The notes below the pieces were generated by a model that worked only from the letters and a program-made list of their open reading frames with translations, did not search any database and was not told the DNA's origin. A DNA stretch of 64,000 bases from Blastocystis sp. Blastoise (lineage: Eukaryota; Protista; Bigyra: Opalinata): NCBI GenBank assembly GCA_039096225.1, contig JBBPEB010000034.1, positions 1,240,001 to 1,304,000 of the forward strand, given 5' to 3'. The position numbers were made by a program, and so were the translations under genes. Numbering within the stretch: the first letter of the stretch is position 1; each line of letters starts with the position of its first letter. This document shows positions 16,440 through 30,397 of the stretch, piece after piece.

Positions 16440-18127
16440 TAGAGAGAGAAAACAATTCAAATATTAATCATTAAATAGCTATTTGAATGTTATCCTATAT
16501 ATATTTATATATCCTATATTTGGTCTTTATTATTTAAAATGGAATTATTTTTTGGAATAAATTAATTGAATATTATATTTAAATTTTTAGCTTTGAAAAT
16601 AGCTTATATTTGAATTATTTTACGTTAAAAAATGTCTTATTAATGAATATATAAATATATAGATTTATATAAGATATATTATTATCTAAGAATAAAAGAA
16701 ATAAATTGTTGTATATGGTTTAGAAGTGTTAAAAGAAAGATATAAACATTATTAAATATACTAAACTTATATATATATTGAAATATCGATTATAAATGGA
16801 AGAAGAACTATTCTATAGGTATATATATATTCTTATATGGTTATAATTAATATATTTATTCCTATTATAGTTATATATTATTTATATATATTTTATAAAG
16901 TCATAAAAAATATTAATGCATCTTGAACATCATTATTTTATTCTCCTATTAATGTAGTTACTTATATTCTTCTATTTAAAAATAATTTATGAGATTCTTT
17001 TTAAAAATATAAATATTATGGTTATAGAATAGTTTATGATATAAAGGATGCAATGTGATGAAACAAATTCATTCTGAATTTGAAGAAATTCTTAAAGAAT
17101 AAATATTACTATTTTGTTATATATAATAATAAAATATAATAATAATACTATTGTATTTCCTTCTTCTATGCGATCCTCACAACAAAAAGATAAACTAAAT
17201 CAAGCTTCTATTTCCCATAGGAATAATACATTATTTACGCGATTATTTATGAATCGAAAAAGTTTTTCTGTGCTTTCAACTCTGAAATCTCATTCACCTA
17301 TTCCACTTCGTTCAATGTCTCTTTCTATATCTCCTTCTCCTTCTATTAATAATACAAATATTTCTCCGATTACAACTATACATAGATCTTCATCTACTAT
17401 TCCTTCTTCTTCATCACACTCATTTACAGATTCTTCTAATTATTCAACAAAAACTTTATCATCTTCAACTATACCTATATCAAATGATTATACTCAATCA
17501 TATTCTTCTATTCGAGAAAATAGTATATATTCTGATATATATATCTATATCTCAAAAGACATGTTCTATCCTTTCTACATATTTAACTACAACAAATGAA
17601 GAAGATACTCAAGTTTCATAAGTAGTAATATTTCTGTGAATACTAATAATAATTCAAATAAATAATAATAATTCAAATAACTTTATATTAAATAATAAAA
17701 TAGCTATAAACCATTATAATGATTCATAAAATGAGTATATAAATAAGAATATGCCAAGTCCTATGATTCTTCAAGATAAAGAATTATTTAAAAAGAAGAA
17801 TAGTATAAATAGAATACCTCAAAATAATCGATTTCATTCAAATAGTATATCTACAGTATATGATAATAATATACTATTAACAGATATAACAGAATCTTCG
17901 AAAACAAAACATTCATCATTACGTCTTCTTAGTCATTCTTCTTCTTCTTCTTCTTCTATTCATAATTTATCTTGTACTACATCGTATTGTTTATCTACAT
18001 ATATATACATAATCATTGTGAAACTACTCATTATAATACTCCTATTGCTCTTCTTCCTTCTTCTAAATATATTTTATATAATATAGATTTATATTCATCT
18101 AATCCTTCTATAGATATACATTATTCA

Positions 18128-18177
<50 letters not shown>

Positions 18178-18210
18178 TAATAATAATAATAATAATAAGT
18201 TTAATAATGC

Positions 18211-18246
<36 letters not shown>

Positions 18247-18258
18247 GTTTAATAATGC

Positions 18259-18296
<38 letters not shown>

Positions 18297-19850
18297 TAGA
18301 AATTGAAAATGAATTATCTACAAATGTGACTACTACTTCTAAAGCAGATTCGAATAGAATTCGAAGTAAGCTTATTCAACGTCGTATACGTTGTTTATGT
18401 ATAAAGAGAATAGTTGAATGTAAAAGTTAATTTAGTAGTTATAATTATAAACCATAGAAATTATTATTATTTGATTTAGGAACTCCTTTATATGAAGTAT
18501 TACCTTATACTATTTTAGGATTAAAGAAAGCACGAGTATTATTAAAATTACCTCATATAATACATTTTCTCCTTCTTTATATTATTTATATAATCTTCAA
18601 CTTTTATTATTACTTCTTTAGTTGAGTATTTATCATTAGGTATTTATTATAGTAAACAATTCCATATTAGTATTCTTAATGATATTATTACGGATATTTA
18701 TAATTTATTATGTATTAGAAGAAGAAATAATAATTTTGAAAATTAACAAAGAATGAAAGTGGAGAAGAAAATGAAATGAAAAAAGAAATAAAAAAATTAT
18801 TAATTATGATAATGATGAAATAGAAAAATTAAAATAAAATATTAAGGAAATAAAATAGTAATGATCAACGAAGAGTTATATAATATTATATATTTATTTT
18901 TTATTCATTATTATATATATAGAAGAATTAATGGATCATATATTGACTAGTAAAAATATAGTTTATATTACAATCCTTCTTGATATTATTCTATTTTATA
19001 TATAGAGTAGGCAAAAATTTACTTATATAATTTTAGATCTGTTTTTATTGTTATATGTATATATATATATATATTATTTTATGTATTATAACGATACTAA
19101 TTATTCTATCTATTTATATAGAGAGATTTATTAGTATTATGAACTCATATATGCTATTTATTTGTGAATCCTATATGTTCTCCTACTCCTATTACTATCT
19201 CTACACTTTTTTTATTCTTGTTATTTCTTTCTTTCATTCTTATAAATACTCTTCTACTTTTATTATATTAAATAAATTGTAAATTAAGATAATATCTTCT
19301 TAAATTTTTTGTAACTATTTTTTTCTTCTTTAATTTCTTTATTATCTTCATCTAAAGAATATATATTATTATTATTATTAAATTATTTATATCATTCTCA
19401 ACAATAAATTGTAGAATTTTATGCAAGAATAATAATAATTGAAATTTTAACAAGAATTTCAGAAACTCATTATTGTCAAGAAGTAAATATATTTTATATT
19501 ATATGCTCTTATATATTATATAGATTATTTAAAATATGGTTGAATTGAATAGTTATAATTGAAGAGAATAGATGATATGGATTTTTGATCAACTATGAAA
19601 TGTTTATTATCGTACTGATAATAAAAGTATGTATATATATAGTTTTCATTTATAGATTATATATATATATATATAGGAATATCATTTCATTCTTTTAATA
19701 TAATCTTCTATATACATATACTTCATGATATCTAAAAGATAATATGGTGATTTGTACTATATCATGTAATGCTATTAGAGAGTTTTGTGAGAAAGGAGTA
19801 CAATTAGTAACTACTGATAATAAAAGGTATATATTATTATTATTATATTT
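16440..19850 (+). pseudogene. Decayed intron-containing gene with Ser-rich and poly-Asn segments
   Basis: Coding-like fragments (17114-17599, 17751-18430, ..SKADSNRIRSKLIQRRIRCLCIKRIVEC..) are broken by stops and frameshifts. GT..AG introns are recognisable. Paralogous to 41.1-44.2 kb and 61.3-64 kb. Confidence 0.5.
18128..18293 (+). repeat. (AAT)n microsatellite (poly-Asn)
   Basis: Interrupted AAT trinucleotide run, seen directly. Confidence 0.95.
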
Positions 19851-20016
19851 TTTTTGATATGTATATATAATTTTCATTTATATTTCTTGTAAATTATTTT
19901 ATAATTATATTGTATATATATATATTTATTTAAAGTCAACAAAATTATATATAAGAAATAGTAATTATAAATATATTTATTAAAAATATCATATATATAT
20001 ATATATATATAATAAT

Positions 20017-20961
20017 TTATTTTTCTTTATTTAGGTGATATAAAAAGAATTTATTAACGTTTAATTGTTCAAGATCTAAATCTATATTATCATAATCAAA
20101 ATTCCTATATATATATATAAAAGAAACTATTGTATATATACATTTTATTTATTTTTTTAATATTTTTTTGATACATATTATATTCTTTGATAAATTGTTG
20201 AATCATTCCGAATATAAGAATTGCATTATTATTATCATAAGATTTATCACACTTTATATATAATATTTATTATATATATATATATATATATATATACTTT
20301 TTTATATTGAACAATAATTTTTGATGTATTAATTTTAAATAATCTATATATATATATATATAGATAATTATATCAGAATAATTAAATATACTTTTTCATT
20401 TGATTTATAATTTGATTAAGATATTTATCATTTCCATTTTCAATATCAAAGAAATTATATATATTAATTGTAAGCGTTTTCTTTTTATCACCATTTGATA
20501 ATTTATTAATTATTAAATAATATCTATCTTTATTTCTATACAATAATAATAATAGTAATAATAATAATATTAATATATATATATATATATAGATTAATAC
20601 TTTAAGTAGATTGTAAATATAAAAAATATTGGTGAATTGGAATTAAAATGAATCTGAATTTCATCAGATATATTATATAACTATATATATATTATTGTTA
20701 ATAATAGGTATATATATATATATATATATATACATAAGAATCATTAATAAAATCATTATAATTATAGTAGTTATGAATGAATAAATTTATATTATTGGTT
20801 GTTACAATTTGGTTATAAACATTCAAATATAAATATATATCAAATAATTCACTTGGAAAAGATCCTTCATGTAAGAATGTATACTATATATATTATATTA
20901 TATTATATTATATTATATTATATTATATACATATTGTTTTTCATTAACTATTATCTCATTA

Positions 20962-20999
<38 letters not shown>

Positions 21000-22907
21000 T
21001 ATATAATACTAATTAGATTATATGTTTGTTTATTATTTATTTGTATAGGATCATTTTCATATTGACTATTTTGACTATTATTATAACAACTAGTTGTATA
21101 TATATATATAAATATTTTATTATATTATATACATTATATATATATATATTATATTATATTATATTATATATATATATATATACAAATATTAATATTATCA
21201 TTTGAATAATTTATAGATAAATTTGATGATTGATTATGAATTTCGTAACTTATATCATTATTTTCAGATAATGAAGTATAATCATATACATCAGTAGGTA
21301 TTATATTATCAGCATTAATATTATCAATATTATATTTAATAGATGATTGTATATTAGAATTATTAGCTGAAATTATATTAGCTGAAGATTGGTTATTATT
21401 TTGAATAACTTTAGATGCATATTCATTAGTATTTTGAAGTTTTTGGAAAGAAATATTATTACTATTACTAATTATTGGATTAGCCAAATTATTATTGATA
21501 TTATTTAATAAGATATTAGGAGATGAAGAAATTATATTATCATTACTACTAATTATTGGATTTAATGAATTATTGTAATTGATTGATGAATTAAGATAGT
21601 TATTATTATTTATTAATGGATTTGAAGAACTGTTATGATTAATGAATGAATTAGAAGAATTATTATTATTTTGATTATTAATATTGATTGATGAATTAAG
21701 ATAATTATTATTATTGATTGATGAATTAAGATTGTTGTTATTATTGATTGATGAACTAAGATAATTGATATTATTGATTGATGGATTAGAAGAATTGTTA
21801 TAATTGATTGATGTACTAGATAAATTATGATTATTATTTACTATTGGATAAGAAGAATTGTTATAATTGATTGATGCATTAGATAAATTATGATTATTAG
21901 TTGATATTGGATAAGAAGAATTGTTATAATTGATTGATGTACTAGATAAATTATGATTATTATTTACTATTGGATTAGATAAATTATGATTATTATTTGA
22001 TATTGGATAAGAAGAATTATTAATGAATGAATTAGAAGAATTATTATTATTTTGATTATTATTGTTGATTAATGGATTAGATAAATTATTTATTATTTGC
22101 TTAGAAGAATTATCATTGATAGAATTATCACTATTGGAAATGATAGAAATATTAAACTGATCAATATCTTCAACAGAATTATGAATACTTGGAATTGGAG
22201 AATAATAATTATTTAATATATTATTATTATTTAGATTATATTGATTATTTAATGAATCATTTATACTATAATTATTATCATTGTTATTAGAATTAAATGA
22301 AGGAAGAAGAAGAGGAGAAATAAGTTCTATACTTTTTTTATTTTCATCATCATTCATACTATTGAACTTTATAATGGGAGATATAATTATAGGAGATATT
22401 TGTTGATCTGATAATTTAATATATTTATTTTCATTGTTACAATTATTTATTTTAGCACTATCTTTTGATTCCATCTATGGGATATATATGATAATATGAA
22501 TATACATGAATAATATGAATATGAATATATATGGATAATATGAATATGAATATGAATATGAATATGAATATGAATATGAATATGAATATGAATATGAATA
22601 TGAATATGAATATGAATATGAATATGAATATGAATACATATGGATAATATGAATATACATGAATAATATGAATATGAATATATATGGATAATATGAATAT
22701 GAATATGAATATGAATATGAATATGAATATGAATATATATGGATAAAATGAATATACATGAATAATATAAATAATATCGATAATAAAAATAATATGGATA
22801 ATATTGATAATATGAATACTTTAGATGATATATCTTCTTTTGATTCAATATAACGATTTATATCATAATTGAATGTACACTTTCTAACCAGTAATTCATA
22901 TGAGCAA

Positions 22908-22942
<35 letters not shown>

Positions 22943-24288
22943 ATATAGATATCTACATACTAGAGCTTCATGAATGGTTATTAGGTTACCATCAATATCT
23001 CTTTCTGGGACAAAATAATTCATTTCTTTAGCGAATTGTTTATCCAGGACATAATCAATGAATACTTTTATACCAAGCTCAGAAGTACATAAATCATTTA
23101 ATTTAAAATCATTATTATTATATATAGTTTTATATTTTATATTTAGATTATAGTATTTGTCATGAACATCATTTGTATGATGGCAACTTCTGATGAAACT
23201 TTGGCAATAAAGAGGATTAACACAATTTGTTCTTCCAAACCAAGTGGCAAAACAATGTCTATAGGAATAACCTGAGTGATCTTTAGGTATGTTACTAAAT
23301 AATTTTTTTAATTGATGTTTACAACTATATAGGTATATAAGTTAATATATATATATATATATATATATAGATTTAGATAAATATATATATATAGGTATAC
23401 ATAGTGGGATAGGTACTATATGTGAATTGGGATGCTACATAATTACTATTAGTATTTGGTTTTCGTATATATAGGAATAAATTTGTTGTATATTCAATAT
23501 CATTATCTTTTAAATATTCACATATTTGATTTCTTATAATTATATATTTATCATATATCTTTTGAAATTTTTCGCATAAAATATATATATCAGGAAATTT
23601 CTTGCCGTCAGAATAAGGAATATTTCCATTCTTAGATCCTGTATGTATTATATATATATATTCTTTTTTAGTATTTTCATTTCTATATTTCTTTAGGTTT
23701 TCAAATAATTTCAAATTATATATATCATTATTTCTAAGTGGACAGCCTGTGCAAGTCTGAAGGAGATACATCATAAGAATCGTAATAGTATGAAATTTTT
23801 TTATATATATATCATTAATATTTTTCTTATTATTAATTTCTTCTATATATATATTAATTTTTTCAAATAATGTTCTAATTATATTGTAGTAATCTTGTAA
23901 AGAGATAAGAGCTTCCATTTTCTTTTTCTTATTCAAATCCTCAAAAGCTTTACTATCATTTTTACTAATGAAATTGTTATCTGTAATCATAACTGAAGAC
24001 TTGTGAGTAATATATGTTAGTGTTTCTTTTATTATATCTTTCATTTTATTATCTATATATACATTTTTTCTTTCTATATAGGTAATTATAGATCTTATCT
24101 CTTGTATTCTATTATGAAGGGTTTTTGGACAATTTGATCTGGGCAGAATATTTAGAGTAACGTATTTATATATAAAATCAGGAAATAGTAAAATATTCAA
24201 ACCATAATGATCAAGTTCTTCCTGATATAATACAAAAGCAAAATTGATTATATCACAAATACTAAGCATAATTTCATAACTATATATA

Positions 24289-24337
<49 letters not shown>

Positions 24338-24654
24338 TACAAAATTTGTTTCTCAGATAGAGAATATATAGATATATCCGGTATTTTATCCTCAACCCCG
24401 TTTTCATAGAAGTCTCCAGTAATCACAGATTTAATTAAAGGTAAAGCATATTTTATAAATATTTTTGTATTTGTATCCATTAGTAGAATTCTTTTTCTAC
24501 TACACTTTCTTTGATATTTCCAATATTTTATTATATTATATAGGCGACTAATATCATCATCACTTAATCGTTCTGGTAAAAAGCAACCAAGAAGATTTTT
24601 ATTTATTTCTAATGATTTCTCACCAAGATTTATTCTTTCATTTAATTTTACAGG

Positions 24655-24711
<57 letters not shown>

Positions 24712-25014
24712 TTCTTAATTCTTGAATTGTATTTAATGATTCTTCATTATTGTTATTTTTCTTAATTATCTAGAATTATTATATTTATTAAATGTATATA
24801 CATATAATATATATATAGATACATATCCTAATTGCAGATATATATAGGTTTGAAGATCCAAATCTTTTACAAGTAGTGGGTTAGTAATAATCTATAAATT
24901 AAAATTAAAATAAATATGATTATTATTTAAATATATACATGTTTAGTATAGTTTGTATCCGAGTTCAAAATTAAATTACACAAATTATTCATAAAATCCT
25001 GTATATATATATTA

Positions 25015-25047
<33 letters not shown>

Positions 25048-25414
25048 GATTTTAAATATACTTCATTATCATCAAGATTTATTTTGTATTGCTTCAAAAA
25101 ATTATATATTTCTGATCTTATCTATTGAGTATATATATATATAAATCAAAAAATATTATTTTAAAATATATTTATACTTCTTCATCTATTTCATTATTAT
25201 TCTTAATTATATTTTGAATATCTATATATCGTATGAATTATAATAATAATAATGCATTTAATATATAAACAATTATTACTTGATAATGTATATAGAAATG
25301 TTTTGAGTTCTTCTGAACTTATTAGAATTTCTTCATCATCTTCTTCTTCATTATTTTTAATTGCTAGTGGTATATAGTCTATTTTATTCTTATTTGATAT
25401 AATTTTCCCATTAT

Positions 25415-25482
<68 letters not shown>

Positions 25483-27042
25483 GTGAGTCTATATCAATTA
25501 CATTATCTTGAATTTCGTCATTATTCTTGTTAGAATTGAATTTATAAGATTGATTATTATTTATCTTAATAGAATCATATTCTTTATTATCTATAGATTT
25601 CTTTTTTATTTTTATATTTTTATGTAGAATCGGTGAAAGAAATGAGGCTTCAATAGGAAATTCATGACAAGCAGGTAATTGTTTATTTATAGAATTGGGA
25701 TTACATTGATTATTTAAATTATTATTAGATATAGAAGATTTAATAGAATTATTAAAAGTTGATATAGGTGGAGAAGGAAATGAATGAAATTTATTGATAG
25801 ATAAATCATTATTATTATTATTAGAAATTGATATAGGTGGAGATAGAGATGAATGAAATTTATTGATAGATAAATCATTATTATTATTATTAGAAATTGA
25901 TATAGGTGGAGATAGAGATGAATGAGATTTATTGATAGATGAATTATGATTATGATTATTATTAAAAATTGATATAGGTGGAGAAGGAGATGTATTAAAT
26001 TTATTAATAGATGAATTATTATTATTATGATTATTATTAAAAATTGATATAGATGGAAAAGGAGATGATATAGAAGATGGAGATGAATTAAATTTATTGA
26101 TAAATGAATTATTATTATGATTATTATTAAAAATTGATATAGGTGGAGAAGGAGATGAATGAAAATTATTGATAGATGAATTATTATTATGATTATTATT
26201 AAAAATTGATATAGGTGGAGAAGGAGATGATATAGAAGGTGATGAATTAAATTGAATAGAATGAATAGATGAAGATGAATTAAATTTATTGATAGATGAA
26301 TTATGATTATGATTATTATTAAAAATTGATATAGGTGGAGAAGGAGATGTATTAAATTGATTAATAGATGAATTATTATTATGATTATTATTAAAAATTG
26401 ATATAGGTGGAGAAGGAGATGATATAGAAGGTGAAGATGAATGAAATTGAATAGAATGAATAGAAGAAGATGATATAGAAGGTGAGTAATATAGATCACT
26501 ATTCATATATAATGGATTAAGGTCTTTAGATAAAGGACTAGGAGGAAAAGAAGAACAAGAAGAAGAATCATCGATCAAAATTGTATTAACTATATATATT
26601 ATTTATGAAATGAAAATTATATTATTATTAATGTATATATATATATATATTACAATTATTATTTAATATTTTTTTATTTTGTTTTTGAAATTTATTGTTA
26701 TTTGAAGATGAGATTTCTATTTTATTATAATATTATTATAGTATATATATACTTTTTTTAGGTGTACTTGATTGACGAGTTTTTTCATAAGTAGAATCAA
26801 TAGATAATTGTTGAGTTTCTAGTATATCATTTTTAAAACGATTGTTATTTTTTTTGATTTTATTATTTTTAGTATTCGCTATAATTTTAATAATTAATAT
26901 ATAGATTTATTAATAATAATATATAAATTATTTTGATATTAGATACAATCAAATTGATTAATACTTATTTGGTTTTGCTATATAAAAATAAATAATTTAT
27001 TTATCATGTATTATGTATATTATATCATACAATTCTTTTCAT
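20017..27042 (-). CDS. Multi-exon tyrosine recombinase (phage-integrase-fold) protein with Ser/Pro/Asn-rich flanks and a conserved C-terminal domain; copy 1, apparently intact
   Basis: Exon 24279-23401 has QTCTGCPLRNNDIYNLKL (R at 23733-35) and HTGSKNG (K at 23631-33). After intron 23400-23325, exon 23324-22961 reads ..KDHSGYSYRHCFATWFG..FIRSCHHTNDVHDKYYN, giving box II YxxRH..AT and H-x8-Y. Putative ATG at 27042; last exon ends ..HLNKEK-TAA at 20017. The full exon chain is inferred from GT..AG sites. Confidence 0.8.
22490..22762. repeat. (ATATGA)n hexamer microsatellite, probably intronic in the recombinase gene
   Basis: Direct tandem repeat. The copy at ~47020-47290 differs in arrangement. 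An AG acceptor at 22476-22475 precedes the MESKDSAK exon. Confidence 0.9.
25760..26480 (-). repeat. Coding minisatellite encoding SPSPPISIFNNNHNNNSSINKF-type repeats
   Basis: Repeated GATATAGGTGGAGAAGGAGATG units within ORF 25379-26578. Unit arrangement differs in copy 2 but the frame is kept. Confidence 0.85.
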
Positions 27043-27135
27043 TACTATTAAATAAGAAAAATAAATATTGTTATTTATAACTTATTTTTTTCTGAATAGT
27101 TTTTTTTAATCAATTATATTTTAATATAAAATAAA

Positions 27136-27256
27136 AACTGTAAACAAACTGTATATTAACTGTATATTAACTGTATATTAACTGTATATTAACTGTATAT
27201 TAACTGTATACTAAATATAATTAAACTGTATACTAAATAAAATTAAACTGTATACA
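27136..27256. repeat. 11-bp phased direct repeats (AACTGTATATT) ~95 bp upstream of the recombinase start codon
   Basis: AACTGTA at 27136, 27147, 27158, 27169, 27180, 27191, 27202, 27224 and 27246, all in one 11-bp register. Confidence 0.9.
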
Positions 27257-30200
27257 AAAATTTTCTGATCAACGAATGGTTTATATATATAGGATTTAAA
27301 TATATTTTTAAATATAATTATTATATATATATATGTTTATATATATCATACATTATTTTTTTTCTAGTTTAACACATTTAGAATATAAATTTATAAAAAC
27401 TTAATTATAAGAAAAATAAAATAATTAATACTAACCCTGTTGATACGATGACAATCAGTATCAGTATCATTTCTATTGTTAATTATATTATTTTTTTGAT
27501 GATGCTAATTTATATATTGTTTTTTATTTATGTATATAGTATATACTTTATAAGTCAAAAGAATAATATTAAAAATTAATTGAAAATTTTTATAAGAATA
27601 TCATCTATATTATGACTTATTCTCTTTGAATATTATAGTTCTTTGACATATGACACCATTTTATTCTATGTATATAATCTAAAGATTATAAATATATAGA
27701 TGAGATTCATTTAAATATCATATTTCAGGATATAGAGCATAAAATTGTCGATGAAAAATTATAAAAAATCTTGCATCAAAAATCATTTTTTTCAATCATA
27801 ATTGATCCTATCAACTCATTCACATAAATTATAACACTTTTAAAGCTATATTATATATATACATACTATTTAGATATTTCTTAGTAAATATGTTTCTTTA
27901 AAATATAAAATTGAATGAAAATCGTTTAAAAAATCGATAGTCTAAAAAATAATATCATAAAAAAAGTCATAACCACATTCATTTATTATATTTCTAGCAC
28001 TTTTAAATGCTATATATATTTATGACACTGTTGTTATTCTATACTAAAAGAATTATTATTATTAAATAAAAATTGACTGAGTTATATGACTTTTATTAAA
28101 GAGAGGCAAAAAGAAAAGTAAGACAAATAAAATTTCTTGTTTTCATTTTTGATACCCTAGATAATGAATTTTGAAACAAATTTATTTTTATGAATTTAAT
28201 GTATGATATAGCTTAGTAATAACTAAAAATAACAAATTTAGAAGACAAAAAAAACAACATATTGCATTTTGACCCAATGTCGACTTGTCAAGATAAATCT
28301 ATTAAAGTATTATTTCTTATGTATGGACAATTCTGTATATGAATATAAACGATATAAAGCCATTTAGCAGCATTATCCTAGTTAAAAGACCTTTTTTTTC
28401 AATCTTGCCAAAACTGATTCATTTTGTACGAAAATTTTATTTTTTTAAATTTCTACTTTTCTCAATGATGGATTGTCGTTATATTATGTTTGACACCAAA
28501 AAATATATCTACGTTTTATAAACTTTATATCTAGTATGCTTTTATATTATTATTCTTAAAATGGAAGACACTATTACAATAACAAGATTAAAAAAGTGAT
28601 TGATCATGATTTTTAAATAATCAAGGCTACTGATCTCATTTTTGAACTAATATGTCTTAAATATACAAAATATGTATCTATATGTTATCCTTATTCGATA
28701 TTGGTGTCTTTCATATATATTTAATATATTTTTATTGGTGAATGAGTTAAAAGAAACTTGAGTATGCGAATTATTTTTTTCTAAAAATTTCAGTTTTTTA
28801 AATCTCATTCGTAAGTACTCATTTAAGTTATATTTAAAAATTATGAATATACATATGTGTACTAGATCCTTATTACTATCTATTTGATATACATATATGT
28901 TTGAATAAGGACCTTTTTCAAAACTGATGCAAATGCTGACTTGAATAGAAAAGTATAAGTGTGTTATTCTAAACACATATCATATGTATTTTAGTTTAAT
29001 ACACATTTTAGAAAGTATTTGGCACAGCATTCTCATTTCGAAATGTTAATTTTTCACTTTTAAAGAATCTAGTTGTAAGAAAATGTTCTACAGGTCAAAA
29101 TATCTACAAAAAGTAAAAAAATGTGAATATTAATATTGTTTAATAGTGACTAAAAAGAAAATAAAAGTAAATTGAAAAACAAATTATTTAAATAAAAAAT
29201 AGAAAATAAAGAATTCTAAGAGATTTTAAGAATTCTAAAAGAAATGAAGAGAAAAATATTTTAAAAATTTTAGAGTCATTTCAAAAATCAAAAATTTAAT
29301 TAGAAAAAACAATATTTTTAAATGAAATATAGTTTGTTTTCAATACTTTATTATGTTATATGTAATCTTATATTTAGTAAAAGCTCGTTTAAACAGTCAT
29401 AGATACCTATATAAATTTATATGAAAAGTCATTCTTATATTATTTTTCTTAATTAATTATATGACTTTTTTTGAACACAATATTTGACCTCATAATTGAG
29501 TATATAATATATGTCACATATCAAGTGTATTCAATCAAAACCTAAAAATATATTTTAATTGCTTTGAAGAATAGAAATGACTTTAAGATTTACTTGTTTT
29601 GTTATTTTAATAGAAATTAGATTTTAAACAAAAATATCATACTAATATATAAAAGATGATATGTGATTAAATATGAAAACTATATTTTTGATATTATTTA
29701 TTATATAATCGTTGAATGAGAAGAGTTTGTTTCTTTTTCTTTCTTTCACTTTTTATTCTTATATTTTAATTTCATTAGTTTATGTTATATTGATGATAAA
29801 TACTATTGTAAGGTAATTTAAAAAATATATCTTTAAGTATACAATTAAGAAATAATAGGCTCATTCTTGTTAATTTAACTTTCATCAAAATTTTATATAT
29901 CAAAAAATTGTTTATTATATATTTTGCTATGTCTATATACCTAAACCTTCTTTCACTTTTTTTTATTAAATATTTTCTTATTTTCAAATATTAAACAAAC
30001 AGAATTTAAACTCATTCTTAAGACATCCAACATTTGTAAATATATATTTCCTTAAAACTTTCACAAGAGTTATTCATTGTTTTAGTTTCATTCAAATCAA
30101 TATAAAATATTTCAATAATTTGTTTTTATTTTCTAATATTCTCTTATAATCAAGTATCAAGTGTTGTTTTACAAATTGACTAATAATCATCTTTTGTATT

Positions 30201-30386
30201 CATAGACTAAACGATATATTATATATTATTATATCTATTGATAGTGTTTTATTCATGTATGATATTCTTAAATTATTATATATTTTAATTTTAAGATATA
30301 TTCATTAAATTTAATTCTTAATCTTTTTTGTTTTGTTTTATTATCAAAGAATAAAGATATTTTATTTTATATATAACATTGAAACA

Positions 30387-30397
30387 TTAGGGTTAGG
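30387..30397 (+). repeat. Short internal telomere-like sequence TTAGGGTTAGG
   Basis: Seen directly; conserved at 54961-54971. Confidence 0.7.

Noticed and set aside
22447-22848. HIHIHI / YSYSYS ORFs (and 46974-47372)
   Set aside because: Translations of a hexamer microsatellite, probably intronic.
25714-26499. 261-aa Ile/Leu/His-rich ORF (and 50224-51036)
   Set aside because: Shifted-frame shadow of the Ser/Pro/Asn repeat exon.
27136-27256. Possible CRISPR array
   Set aside because: Contiguous 11-bp tandem units with no unique spacers, no cas genes, and a eukaryotic context.
28339-29987. Short ORFs conserved between copies (e.g. 28647-28976 / 53219-53548)
   Set aside because: Conservation reflects recent duplication. 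Neighbouring ORFs are disrupted in copy 2, and no domain is recognisable.
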